Shown here piece by piece: positions 49,299 through 61,555 of a stretch of 64,000 nucleotides of DNA (the first letter of the stretch is position 1; every line of letters starts with the position of its first letter). The notes below the pieces were generated by a model. It was not told where the DNA came from and searched no databases. It worked only from the letters and a program-made list of their open reading frames with translations. The stretch is from Sarea resinae. Its lineage: Eukaryota. The stretch is taken from the NCBI GenBank assembly GCA_026026165.1, contig JAPEUD010000014.1:62001-126000 (forward strand), given 5' to 3'. The translations under genes and the position numbers were made by a program.

Positions 49299-51227
49299 AT
49301 GGCCGGTCTCTTTGAACAGCCCCGGAATGCTGGGACTCTGTGTAGGTCCTGCTCTTCAACGGCTCCTTGAGCGAGATACTGATATATCTCTACAGTCCTT
49401 GGCGGCCAGAAAATCAGTGGAGCTGACATTCGAGATCAAAATGGTGACTACTTGCGCAAACCCTACTACGACTACTCGTGCGTACTGACTTGCGACAGTC
49501 CTCGCAACGCAAGCCATAGCAAATGTCGTCAAGAGTTCATTCGGCCCTTCGGGCTTGGACAAGATGATGGTGGATGACATAGGGGTAAGGCTCCAACCTG
49601 CTCAGATCGAAAGCTGGTACAGTTGGCTGAGAAGTGCAGGATGTGACTGTTACGAATGACGGAGCTACGATTCTGAGTCTGCTCGACGTTGAGCACCCGG
49701 CTGGAAAGATACTGGTAGACCTGGCCCATCAGCAAGACAAGGAGGTACAATATCTTCCCGCACGGTATTCCCACACTTATGGCTTACACGGAACGACAGG
49801 TTGGAGATGGCACGACATCAGTGGTGATAATAGCAGCAGAGCTACTCCGCCGGGCCAACGAACTGATGAAAAACCGGATCCACCCCACGACCATCATCAC
49901 AGGATACCGGCTGGCGCTGCGAGAAGCCGTCAAGTACATGAACGAGAATATCAGCACGAAAGTGGAGAACCTCGGACGAGAGAGTCTAATAAGTATCGCC
50001 AAGACGTCAATGTCCAGCAAGATCATCGGATCCGACTCTGATTTCTTCGCCAACATGGTCGTCGATGCCATGCAATCCGTCAAGACGACCAACAACCGCA
50101 ACGAGACCAAATACCCCGTCAAGGCCGTCAATGTCCTCAAGGCCCACGGCAAAAGCTCGCTCGAGTCCGTCCTGGTCAAGGGTTACGCCTTGAACTGCAC
50201 GGTCGCTTCGCAGGCTATGAAAACCCGCGTCATCGACGCCAAGATCGCCTGTCTAGACATGAACCTCCAGAAAGAGCGCATGAAGCTCGGCGTGCAAATC
50301 ACCGTTGACGATCCGCAACAACTCGAGAAGATCCGCGAACGCGAAGCAGGAATGGTGATGGAGCGCGTGGAGATGATCCTCAAAGCCGGCGCCAACGTCG
50401 TCATGACCACGAAAGGGATCGACGACATGGTGCTCAAGCTCTTCATCGAGAAGGGCGCCATGGCAGTCCGACGGTGCAAGAAGGAAGACCTCCGCCGAAT
50501 AGCCAAAGCGACCGGGGCCACGCTGATCAGCTCTCTCTCGGACCTCAACGGCGACGAGAAATTCGAAGCGTCCTCGCTCGGGCACGCCGAAGAAGTCTCC
50601 CAGGAGCGCATCTCCGACGACGAGTGCATCCTGGTCAAGGGCACCAAGGTCCACACCTCGGCCTCGATCATCCTGCGCGGATCCAACGACTACCAGCTCG
50701 ACGAGATGGAGCGCTCCGTGCACGACTCCCTGAGCGCGGTCAAACGCACGCTCGAGAGCGGCAGTATCGTGCCGGGCGGCGGCGCCGTCGAAACCGCGCT
50801 GCACATCTACCTCGAGGCCTTTGCCGAGACGGTCGTCAGTCGCGAGCAGCTGGCGATCGGCGAGTTCGCGGCCTCGCTCCTGGCGATCCCCAAGACGCTT
50901 GCCATCAACGCGGCCAAGGACAGCAGCGAGCTGGTGGCGCAGCTGCGGTCGCGCCACGCGCTGTCGCAGCGGATCCAGGACGGCGACGCCGCCCTCAACA
51001 ACGACGAGCGCTCGCTGGCCAAGAAGAAGAACTACAAGAACTACGGCCTCGACCTGGCCAAGGGCCGCGTCGTCGACCAGCTCAAGGCCGGCGTGCTCGA
51101 GCCCAGCATGAGCAAGATCAAGCAGCTGAAGTCGGCCGTCGAGGCCTGCATCGCCATCATGCGCATCGACACGCTGATCAAGCTGGATCCCGAACAGAGG
51201 GGCGAGGATGACGGACATGGGCATTAG
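49299..51227 (+). CDS. TCP1: T-complex protein 1 subunit alpha (CCT-alpha)
   Basis: [65 protein letters not shown] and VPGGGAVE. Four short 5' introns. Confidence 0.97.
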
Positions 51228-51229
51228 GT

Positions 51230-52380
51230 TCAGGAGGGCCGAGGGCGGGAGCGTGCTTTGTTCTTGAGTAGTAGCAATGGTGATGGTGGTGTCGGCAATG
51301 CTTCTACTACTATTATTAAAAAAAAGTGGTAGTTCACACATGCAGCATGCACGCGTGTGCGCGCATGTAAGTAAGGGCCTCAAATCGAAAGAGCTGAAAA
51401 AAGGGGTCCATTCATCTATCCATCTATCCATCGCACGGGTTTTTTTTCTTGATTGTGTCATTCTCTAGCTGTACGATAAAGGCAGACAGACAGACAGACA
51501 GATAGAAAGACAGACGCTTTCATAACAATAGCATCAATTCATCATCATCAAAGTGCTCCGCGTTCCCTTTCTCCCTGATGCGCTCCCTCATCCTCGGGTC
51601 TTATTCCCTCCTGCCCTCCTGACCACCAAACACACATACACATACACAAATACACATACCCACACACACCCACGTCCACACCCACACACCCAGAATAGAT
51701 CTCGGCTCCCCAACACCCGACTGATAGACAACTCTCCGTTCCCCATAATCACACCAGCTGCTAACCGTAGTCGTATTCATCATAGTATCAATCATGTAAA
51801 GGAATCTTATCTACCTCAGCCAGCTTTACCATACAGTAGAAAAAGAAGGGAGAAAAAAAGGGGTAAACAAAACACAAGGGTTGCATACGCCACCGTTCCT
51901 TCCCTTTCCTCCCATGGCTGTTTGTTTGTTTCCTCTCCCTCTCCCTCTCCCCATCGCTCTAGTAGGGTAGGGAATGCGAGGAGAGTAGCAAGACAAACCC
52001 GAGACGCCGCGCTGGCACTGAAAATCCCTCCGGCTCTCAACCCCCTTGTTTCCGGGCGGTGTCAAAAGAGGAAGGGGGTTGGATGGACCGGGAGAAAAGA
52101 GAGAGAAAGAGAAAGAGGAAAAAGTATATACGCCATATCGATGCATGTGTGCACGTTTCATGAACATGGGAATCCCGGTGCTTCACGAGGTTTCCAGCAA
52201 GGCACCCGCTCGCGCTGCCAGCCGGCCAGTAAGTAAAGGAAACAAGCGAGCCAGCAAGCAATCAGCAAGGAACGACAAACCCAATGCCCAAACCCAACCC
52301 AGCCCAATCCTAGCCATCCATACCAGCACGCATTAAAAAAAATTGAAAAAAATGCAGTCCAGTGGTTCATTCGGAATTGA
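51230..52380. repeat. Microsatellite-rich convergent spacer ((CAGA)n, (CA)n, A-tracts, GA tracts)
   Basis: Direct reading at 51482-51516, 51630-51690 and 52090-52122. Confidence 0.8.
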
Positions 52381-52384
52381 TCAA

Positions 52385-55300
52385 TCAAGCGCCCTTCAAC
52401 TGACTCCTCAGGCCGACATTCTCTCTCTTCAATCTCAGATTCTCTCGCTTGACGCGAGCGAACTCCTCGCCCGTCTCTTTGACCCTCCGCCTCATCTCCT
52501 CGACGCCGTCGCCCTCACGAATCGCACCCAGCATCTTCTCGAGCTCCTTGTTGAAACGCTCGTACAGCAACTCGTTCTCTTTGCTCGCGCTCCCGTACAG
52601 CTCGTCGAGCTTCTTGAAGCGCGACTCCGAGACCGTGAGCGAGGACTCGACGTCCTTGGCCATTGCCGAGGTGTGCGACTTGATATCCGAGATTGACGAC
52701 GAAACTTTGTTCTCGAGGTTGTTGACGCGGGCGGTGAGGTTGCGTATCTCTGATTCAAAGGGGGGACCGCGTTGAGCGTGTTGGTGGTGGGCGGCGGCGG
52801 TGGTGGGAGCGGTCGTAGGACGGAGACTCAAGGCAGAGATCTCGTCTCCGATCTTAGAGAGTTCGGCTTGAAGGGAACCTTCGGCGCTGGCAATGGCCTT
52901 CTGCTCGCTCTGAAGACGTTCGCGGAGCTAAAATGCCAGTGTCAGCGACTACTAAGAATTGTGACGGTGGAATAAGAGGTAGTGACTGACCTTCTGCGGA
53001 CTCTGCATACGCAGCTTTTTGAATGAGGGTACAGGTTTCTTCGGGGAGGTGGAATCGGGACTTTGGTTAGACGGAGAGTCCTGGCGGTGACTGATTCTCA
53101 TTTTTGGAATGCTTGATATCGCGCTATTGCGGTTCCTTGATGGACTCCCATCATTGGCGAAAGAAGCTTCGTCAGACCCAATGTTGTGTGCTCTCTCCGT
53201 CAGGGTAGACCTTGTCATGGCAGGAGAACCATTTTTCCGCGCTAGCGGGCTGTCATTTCCGGCCAGAGACTTTTCAGGCACAGGCGGGTTCTCCTTGCTA
53301 GATGAGTCGAAGTGGCTTGGCGAAACAAAACGATTTGGTGAGACAGTACCTTGGGGAGATGGTCGGAGCTTCTTTGAAGGCGAAGGCGTCCTGGGCGTCT
53401 CGGGCATCTGTGCAGACTGTCTTACCGATCCGGGGTTTTCTTGATCCAAAGAATGCCAAACTTTGACGGGCGTTGCCTCTTGTAGAGCTTGCAAGTCTGA
53501 CAGTGAACTTCTCCGCTTCTTCCTTGGAGAGCCCGTACGGTCCGCAGTGATGGTGCTGATCTTTGCAGGTAGAGGAGAAGCTTGGTCCGCTGGGTTCTCG
53601 AAGCTGAAGGGGCCTAGAACAGCTGGACGATCGCGAGACACAGGCCGTCTGTAAGGGCTTGACTTTGGGATGGTATCTGTCGACTTAGATCTATTCAACG
53701 AGGCCTTGGAAAGGCTTGCAGTTGGAGCGTCGCCATAAGCTGCCCCCCGTGCCGTCTTGCTGAGAGTTCGCCAGACCGAGCTCACTTTGGACTCCGACTC
53801 TACCTTGCTATTCTCCCTGCTCAAGGTGTTAAATCCCCACTTCTTCCGGAAAGAGGAGGTGTTCGAAGTGACAGATGCGCTTTTGGCGTGTTTTGCTCTT
53901 CTAGCTGAATTCACTGATCCGCTTAAAGGAGTTGCTTCACCACTCTTAGTAGAAAGCATGTTATCTAAATTGGGGTCAGCCAAATCTAGCTACAATCAAA
54001 CGCCAAAGACACTTGCCAGCAAAGAATGAATCGTAGTCCTCGACCACGCGATCCAGTAGAGATATGAAGTCATGAGGATTCCCTTCTGAAATCAATAACT
54101 CTGCGAAGGCTGCCGTAAGTTCGCCACGATCTCCATCATTTCCAGAAGCCTCGAGCAGACTGTAATTCTGTCAGTGACTAGCTTCAAATGTCAAGTCCGT
54201 ATCTTACTCAGCCAATAAACTCATGATTGCTTCGACGGCCCGACGATTTTGCGGTGCCATCTCGCTGAGCATGCCTTTGAAGAAATCTTCAAAATCGCCA
54301 GGGAAAAGAGAATCTGTCATAGTCAGCTTTCAGATCTAAATCGCCGTGTTTTGGTAGGGAGACAGACCAAATTTGTCTTGAATCGATTTCAACGTATTGG
54401 AAGCGATGATGGGGCCCATCTGCTCCTTCCACGCTACGGAGAGGAACTTTTCGAACGCAGCAAACAGTACATTCGCAGAAGCTTCTACAGCCACATAAAC
54501 CTTTGCTGGATCCTCAACTATCAAATGGTCAGCACGAACATTTCGTCTACAGCAAGACGAACAGAGCCATACGCAGAGTATTGTAGATTTCATTGACCCT
54601 AAGCTCGTCGGCTTCAGCTCGAGCTCTCAAAGACTTTCCAAGGATGTTTCCTTTCATGGATTGCAATGACAGCACATAAGTACCGAAGGTGTCCTCTAGG
54701 CGTTTTAACGGATCCGCCAAATTCCCAGTGTGTGACGGCCCCACCAATGTGACCTGACTAGCATCGTCAACTTGATCCGCCTTTTTCCGACTGTTGGACC
54801 TGGAAAGTTTGAAGGTCGCGCGTGATATTGAGCCGAGATCGCCCATAAGTGGCGGTGGCTCATGATGCTTTGATGGACTATAGATCTCCTTCCGAGAGCT
54901 TCCTCCGAGAAGATTGGACAACATCTTCACAGGCGAGGTCGTTCGAATAGTCCCCGTGCGAGGCTGGTCATCAATGTTAGGCATCAGTGAGCGTAGGATC
55001 TTGCGATTGAATGACAGATATGAGCCTGTCAACGCTGGGTTCTCAATCTGGTTCTGCAGCCGCAGAAGATTCGCCACTTTACCACGGTTAGCTGTTGAGA
55101 ACACAAAAACATATAATCTGATCACTTACAACGGCGAGTCAGCGTTGGCAAAAAGTCTGCAGCATTCACTAGATCCGATGTCCCATTATCTTCCAGACCA
55201 TCTATCTCTAGCTGATATAGGTCACTCCCTGCAAGAGTAACGGAAGCAGCAATCTCGACACCATCCTTTCCAGCCTCGACCATCATAGATCCTCTTGAAG

Positions 55301-57392
55301 GGTCAACACACAGGGTTATTGGTGCAGGTTTTCTTCCTTCTGGAAAAGTCTGATTTTCTCCCATCGCAAAGACAGTGGCTAATAAGCCAATGCCTTTCTC
55401 CTGGAAGTTGACGCTTCGAAGCGCCCACTCATCGCTTTCTCGTTCTGCTTCTGAAAAACGACCCTCTATACGAGCTTTGGCCATTTCTTCCATAAGGCGA
55501 GCGGTTTTCCCCACATACGAGTTCAAGAGGCGGAACACCCGGACGCATGCGCCATGGCCAGCTGACCCCCCACCCCTACGAAGGGATGCCTCAGGAAGAA
55601 GCACTTCTTCAGTGAATGTTACCCACAGAAGATGGCTCTGGGATGAATCACTGAGACGAACATCCTGGAGCTTAATCCACCCGGAGAAAAAGAGCTCTGG
55701 ACTTCCTTGGATATCCCCAAAAGACATGCTTGCAGAAGTGGCGCTGGAGCCGCCATCAAGACGATCTGCTTCAGCTATCACACCACGAGCGGATAGGGTA
55801 GTCCCCTTGCTCTTCCGGACAATGACAAGGCAGTCTGCGAATATCAGGAATAAGCCATCCCCTGCATCATCGAGTGGTAGATCGATATGATAGGGGGGAG
55901 ACAGTTCTTGAAAATCCGCAGCAGTAATGAATCTGCCTCGTGGCTGAAACGAATCGGGCCAAGAGGCAATGAGTCGTTTGAATCGAGTGACGGTACGGAC
56001 CTTCTCGGAAGAAGACGATGATTCGAGAGAACAAATGTCTGTTACAATGTCTCGTGCTTTGAGAAGGCTGTCCAATGCTGGATGGGAGACTGGCAGATGT
56101 TTAACAATGCTATCGATGTAAAGACTATAGCGCGGAAGCCTCTGGATCGGTTCAAAGATCATGGATCTCAAACGTTGTTCTCCTATCTGATGTACTCGTT
56201 GTGAGAGAGTTGAAGCATTTTCCTTCAGGAGGCCACTCAGCAGAGGGTTAAAGTCTGAGCTTGCTCGCAAGTAATCGGTGTAGCAGCTAGCAAATTTAGG
56301 AAACCAATCGAGCAGCACCTCAGAAAAGGCTAATACACCCGTCCCGTCAGTCGCTCGGTTTGAATTCTTCGCTCGATTCTGTTTCAAGGGAGCATCATCA
56401 TCGAATTGGCAGTCTTTTGCGGCCTGGGTCTCTGTCTCTTGTAGTATGAAGTTGACATCGTCAAGAAAATGCGAATTGACGGTCAAAATGTCCTCAAGAC
56501 TGCTTGGAAATAGCTTGGCCAGATATTCCTCATTGATGGCCCCTGTCGCGATGCTGCTGCTTGAATTCTGGCGGAAGTCCTTCACAACGTTGCGAGTCAG
56601 GTTTTCCAGCTTGGTGACATAGGATACTTCAGTAGTGAAGAGCTCTTCCATCTCTCGCCTTAAAGACTCCTTTTGATGCTTGAGCAAAGATCTGGATCGG
56701 CCAACTGGCGTGGGTTTTGACGGAGCTCGGCGGAGCTTGGATGTTGGAATGAAGACCGGAGAACCAAACGATTGTATGAGAGGAGCATAAGGTCCGTACT
56801 GACTTAGCGATGGGTCATCGCTAGCCAGTTCCTTTCCATCCACAGCGGCTGCTGCATCGGATATTACTCCCTGTGGCAAGATCACGTCTAGATCTACCCA
56901 CGAGACCGATCGTTCCGAAAGAGCTGCGCGCACATCACTGATCGCAGCCGCCACATTATGTGTTCTAACCATCCGACTAGCCACCTCTCCAGCATGGACA
57001 TCATCCAACAAATGCGGCGCAGCCCCTCCCCGAGCTATCGCAGATGATTTGACCAAGGCCTTCTTCACCACGTCGGGCATCTCTATCCAGTACTTCAGCA
57101 AGCTCACTGCTAGACCGCGACATACTTCGTCTCCTTGCTGTTCGCGTGGTATGTGGTCGACCGCGGCATACAATGGTGAGTTTGGCGAAATCGTCAAGCG
57201 TGGGAACGAGCGAAATCCGGCCGGGGTGAAAACGTGGGCCTGAATTCGAGCCGTGTTCAACGTGGCATTCGTGGTGGTTGATGGGCCATGAAAGACAAGA
57301 ATTGGAGCATTCGATAGAAGAGGCTCAGTGGTGTAGTAGAGCGAGACAACATCCGGAGCCAAATCCGGTGGCGGCTGAGAGATGGCAACCAT
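52385..57392 (-). CDS. BUD3: Rho guanine-nucleotide exchange factor (DH domain), Bud3-like septation GEF
   Basis: DH motifs LRREMEELFTTEVSYVTKL and LRSMIFEPIQRLPRYSLYID. N-terminal ILVFHGPSTT...RIQAHVFTPAGF. C-terminal coiled-coil ENELLYERFNKEL...KRENLRLKREN. Several introns. The Bud3 assignment is from recall of the architecture. Confidence 0.75.
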
Positions 57393-57681
57393 CTTGACAG
57401 ATGGTGGAAGTTCGTGGCAACGATTGCCTTGTTACAGAGACAACTGAGCACTAGCTTTGACGCATCAACGGCTCCTCCATCCGCGCAGTACGTCCGACCA
57501 TGGTAGGGAGTATTGCGAACGGCGCCGATGTTGAAATGCGAAGGGATCTTTGACAGTGCGAGTCTTTGACGGTGAGAGAGACGTAGGTAAACAACGCGGT
57601 CGTTTCGAGCCGGCCCAGTTGAGAAGTCGCTACTTGGCCCGGGCACATAAACTAGATTAGCTCGGTACCTGGTAATGTTCA

Positions 57682-57777
57682 GCCCTGCTGGCGCAATGGT
57701 TAGCGCATTGGACTTCTATATCGTTCCTGCTTTATCCAGACATCCAAAGGTTGTGGGTTCGAGTCCCACGTGGGGTG
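57682..57777 (+). tRNA. tRNA-Arg (anticodon TCT) with a 23-nt intron
   Basis: Acceptor GCCCTGC/GTGGGGT, D arm GCGC-AATGGTTA-GCGC, anticodon stem TTGGA/TCCAA with CT-TCT-A, intron 57719-57741, T arm GTGGG-TTCGAGT-CCCAC. A T-rich terminator follows. Confidence 0.95.
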
Positions 57778-58205
57778 AGCTTTCCTTTTTGGCGCTTTTT
57801 GTTTTAGGCACCTGACAGTTGATGTGCCCTATTGGCGTCTTTTTTGGCGTTGGGAAGGAGTCAATCTACTGCGACGGTGATGGATCCTCGGACCACGAAA
57901 TTGGGACTGTCGTGGATGTACGAACGTATTCGCCAGGAAGGTACCTGCGTGCTGAAAATAGACTGTCGTTTACTCCGAGTACAAAGAGCCAAGATAGGAA
58001 AATTGATCGTCGATTACATCGTAAAAGATGACCGATATGGCGATGTTAGTACTGACGCGTTCTCGTCACTCTACTCTACACTTTACGCGACTTTCTTGAA
58101 CACCTCATCGGTGGATCAACAAATTCCCTTCCAATATTGGACGATTGGTTCGTCATTTTACTGCTTCATTACGATACTGGCTTCCAAGTCATTGCCGCTG
58201 CTGTC

Positions 58206-59406
58206 ATGGCGACCCAAAACGCCTCGTCCATCCCCTTCAGCTACTCACACGAACAGCAACATTTCCGCCTACTCGAATTGCCCCCCGCTCTCCTCGAACC
58301 GCTAAATGCCTCTAGCCCACCAACGTGCGTCCCCCTGCGAGACCGCAAACAAGCCCTAACATACGTGGCACAGTCTCTCGATCAAATCCTCCTCTTCGTC
58401 AACATCTCGCAGCGACCCGGCCTCAACCCAAGCCGTCCTCTGCACCCCGTCTCAGACTTACCAGCTCCGTCAGGTCCAATCCTCGAACACAATCTTCCTC
58501 ATCCAGCCCTCGGCCGCGCACCAGCGCGAAGCCTCTGGAGATGAGGTGCCAATTCTTTCAGGAGCATCTCGGCTCTCAGCCATCGCATCCTCCAAATCGA
58601 CACTCGAACTTCACCATTCTACCGCTTCGGCAATACCTCACCTCAAGCAGCTTCTGCTGCCATACGACGCCACGCTCGATGATGACCGTGACCCTTACAT
58701 GAACACTCAGCAGCCAATGGGGGCGGCGAGCATAAGGAGAACCAGAAAGTCGACTTTTTCAGACATGCCGTTTTGCGACAATGAATGCGAGCGCAGTTGG
58801 CGCAGTCTGGTCGCCTTCGAGCATGACGGCGCATGTTTCCTCCCGTCGGCCTCTTCATCCATGGACGTATGGAAGGCTTTACACACGTCAGCGGTGGCCG
58901 AGGGCATCGATCTCACCAAACAATTCAAAGTCTACGACCTCTGGGCCCTGGTGCAAGAGGACGGGTTTCCGCAGGGGCTGGTCGAGGCGGTGATTCGGCG
59001 CGTGTCTTCAGAGGAAGATCAAGGAGTGGACTGGGCTTGTCTTGACCAAGAAACATGCATTCGGTGGCTAGGCATCATGGTCCTTGCCCAATTTCAAGAG
59101 AAGACTCACCTTGACTTAGCAACAAAGGAATTTCTGAGATTATGGCGAGACGCTTTACCCGCGAAATGGAAAGTTGATGACTCAATCGAAGGGCCCATGC
59201 CCTTGTCCAGGCTAGATTCCCTCAAGGGCTTTTACACTCACCCAACAACCACGTCGATCCGCATCGTCCCTAGATGGGATGAGCTTACTTCAGCTGGAAC
59301 GGCCAGCGCCACTGCGACGACGACATCCACGACAAGCAGCAGCACGAGCAAAGGCTCGCTCTCGAACCGGAAATGGCACGAGAAATTCAAAGCGGGACGG
59401 CGTTAG
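58206..59406 (+). CDS. DCC1: Sister chromatid cohesion protein Dcc1 (Ctf18-RFC subunit)
   Basis: FRLLELPPALLE, intron ~58325-58372, AVLCTPSQTYQLRQVQSSNTIFL, and C-terminal RKWHEKF. Confidence 0.88.
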
Positions 59407-59619
59407 ATAGTGCAGTCCGTGGTCCTAAATGACGAAGCGGAGTTCCTGCACATAATCTTCCAATTCAGGGCCTCGACGAATCCAGAACCCAGAATTCTTT
59501 CTCGTCGCACCCAAAATGCTACTGAATACAACGACCACCGGCGGAGCTTTCCGATTGAATCATGCGCACGCGTAACAACATATGCCCATGCAACCAATGC
59601 AACAAATAAGATCGATCAC

Positions 59620-61555
59620 TCAACACCACCCATATTTCTCATTCGCGATCCACTCCACATGTTCGGGCGCCGTGTCTGCCCCATTATCATCAGACCCGGC
59701 TCCATACCACATCAGACTAGCGATGCTCTCATTCTCCCTGTGCGTCACCTGGATTTTGTCCACTAGCAGCCTTGCCGCCTCCACAACCACGGGTGCCGGA
59801 TTCCAGAACTGCACCTCGCGCATGCCCCAGCGCGCGGCCTCCCTCTGCGCAGCACGCAACAACGCCGCAATGGCGCGGACCTCTTCCCCGGGCGCCTTCT
59901 GCCTGCCGTCGTCGTCACAACGGCCGTCTCCCTCTCCTTCTTCGCGCGTCATCTCGCCTTCGGCCTCGACCACCAGCCGCAGGATATGCAAGATATTCTC
60001 ATCCGGGTTCTCGGACCACGTGCGCGTCCAGATTGCCCACATCCTGGTTCCCACCACCTCCTCGTCAACCTCCCCGCGACCATCGCACACCATGGCGCCC
60101 TTGACCTCGGGCTCCCGGCCCACCAGCTCCGCGGCTAGGAATTCTTCCCGCGCGTGGTGCCATGCCATGGTCGCGTGGTCTGGAATGAAAGCCACGCGCG
60201 TCTTGGGCGGGCTGGCTGCTCCTGGGGTGGGGGGACGGGCGATGGTGGCGCGGATGTTGCGTTCGTCTGCGGCGCAGAGGTCGGGGAGGGAGGACGCATA
60301 GAGGGGTTTTGTGGGTGGAAGGTTTAGGTCCAAGTCAAGATCGGTGGGAGGGGAGGCGGATGTTTGGTGTGGGGTTGATGGCGTTTCGGGCAGCGCGGGC
60401 AGCGAGATGTGGCTTGATGGGAAAGGATGCCAGCCATGGGAGGCGTAGAATGCCTTGATCGGAGAAGTCACGGTCAGACAGGGTAAAGCCTAGCATAAAA
60501 GACGGCACGAGCAAGCAAGCAAAGCAAGCAAAAGCGAGCACAACAACATTGCAAATCAATCCCAGAATAACGCCAAGCCACCGTAAAGCGAACACAAAGG
60601 TAATAGGTGGTGCGTCAACAGCAAAGCCCGTACAATGATTACCCCCTCCCCTACGACAGACAGAAAGGCACAGAAAGATTAAGAAAACTCCCGCACATAC
60701 CTTGCCGACATCAGAATACAGCACGGTAAACGCGCATCTCTTGGCCCCCTTATCCTTCTTCTTCTTCCTCCCCTGTGATGACTCCCCCAATCCCTGCCCC
60801 TGCCCCTGCCCGTTCTCCTTCTTTTCCCAATCACTCTGTCCCCGATCACCACTCCCTTCACCCTCGTCATCAGGCCCATCACACGCCGCCGCCGCCGCCG
60901 CCGTCTGCTGCCACCCCCTCAACTCGCGCGCCAGCTCCCTCATCATGCGGCTCGCGTAGCCCCTACCGCGCGTCTCCGGCGCCGAAAACACGCTGCCGAT
61001 CGTATGCGAGATGACCTCCTCGACGCGCATCTCGCCCCCGCTGCCGCTGCCGCTGCCGCCATCGTCTTGCCGAGACGGAGGAGGAGGAGGAGGAGGAGGA
61101 GGAGGAGGAGGAGGAGGAGGAGGGGGGTGCGCCACGAGTGCTCGTTTGAGGATGGTTTCGCAGGAGCTGAGGATGTGTCTATGGCCCTCGGCATCAGTGC
61201 CGGTGCCAGTGTTAGTGCCGGTTTCCTCGGCAGTGTCAACGAGGATCCAGCTCGTGATGCCCCCGTCGCGCGTGAGCCGCTGCGACGAGATGTGGTCTTC
61301 GCGCCGCAGATAGGTGGGCAGGGATAGTGGCCCACGCCATGCGGTACCGTTGAGTAGGCGGGTGGCGTGGATCTCGGCGCGCGTTGGGTGCAGCAGGCGC
61401 AGCGTGGGTGAGGTGCTCGGGGGCAGGTGAAGGGGATGATGAGGGCGGTGGTGGGGAGGTTGAGGGGGCGGGGGATTGGGGGGGTGGGTTGGGGTTGGGG
61501 TTGAGGTCGAGGTCGAGGGGGGTGTTGGCAGAGTAGAGGAGGTCGAGGGTGGCAT
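59620..61555 (-). CDS. LYC1-like GNAT lysine N-acetyltransferase
   Basis: AWRGPLSLPTYLRRE, WILVD, ILSSCET, IGSVFSAPETRGRGYASRMM, LYSDVGK/AFYASHGW, AWHHAREEF, and the end EWIANEKYGWC*. One intron at ~60455-60699. Confidence 0.85.
61077..61128. repeat. (GGA)n coding microsatellite, poly-Pro on the minus strand
   Basis: About 15 GGA units inside the GNAT CDS. Confidence 0.9.

Noticed and set aside
50253..51461. 402-aa antisense ORF over TCP1, and similar long shadow ORFs over PET8 (9087-10091 alternative frame), 41592-42443 and AAD
   Set aside because: Expected by-product of extreme GC3 codon bias, which removes stops in other frames. No protein-like motifs.
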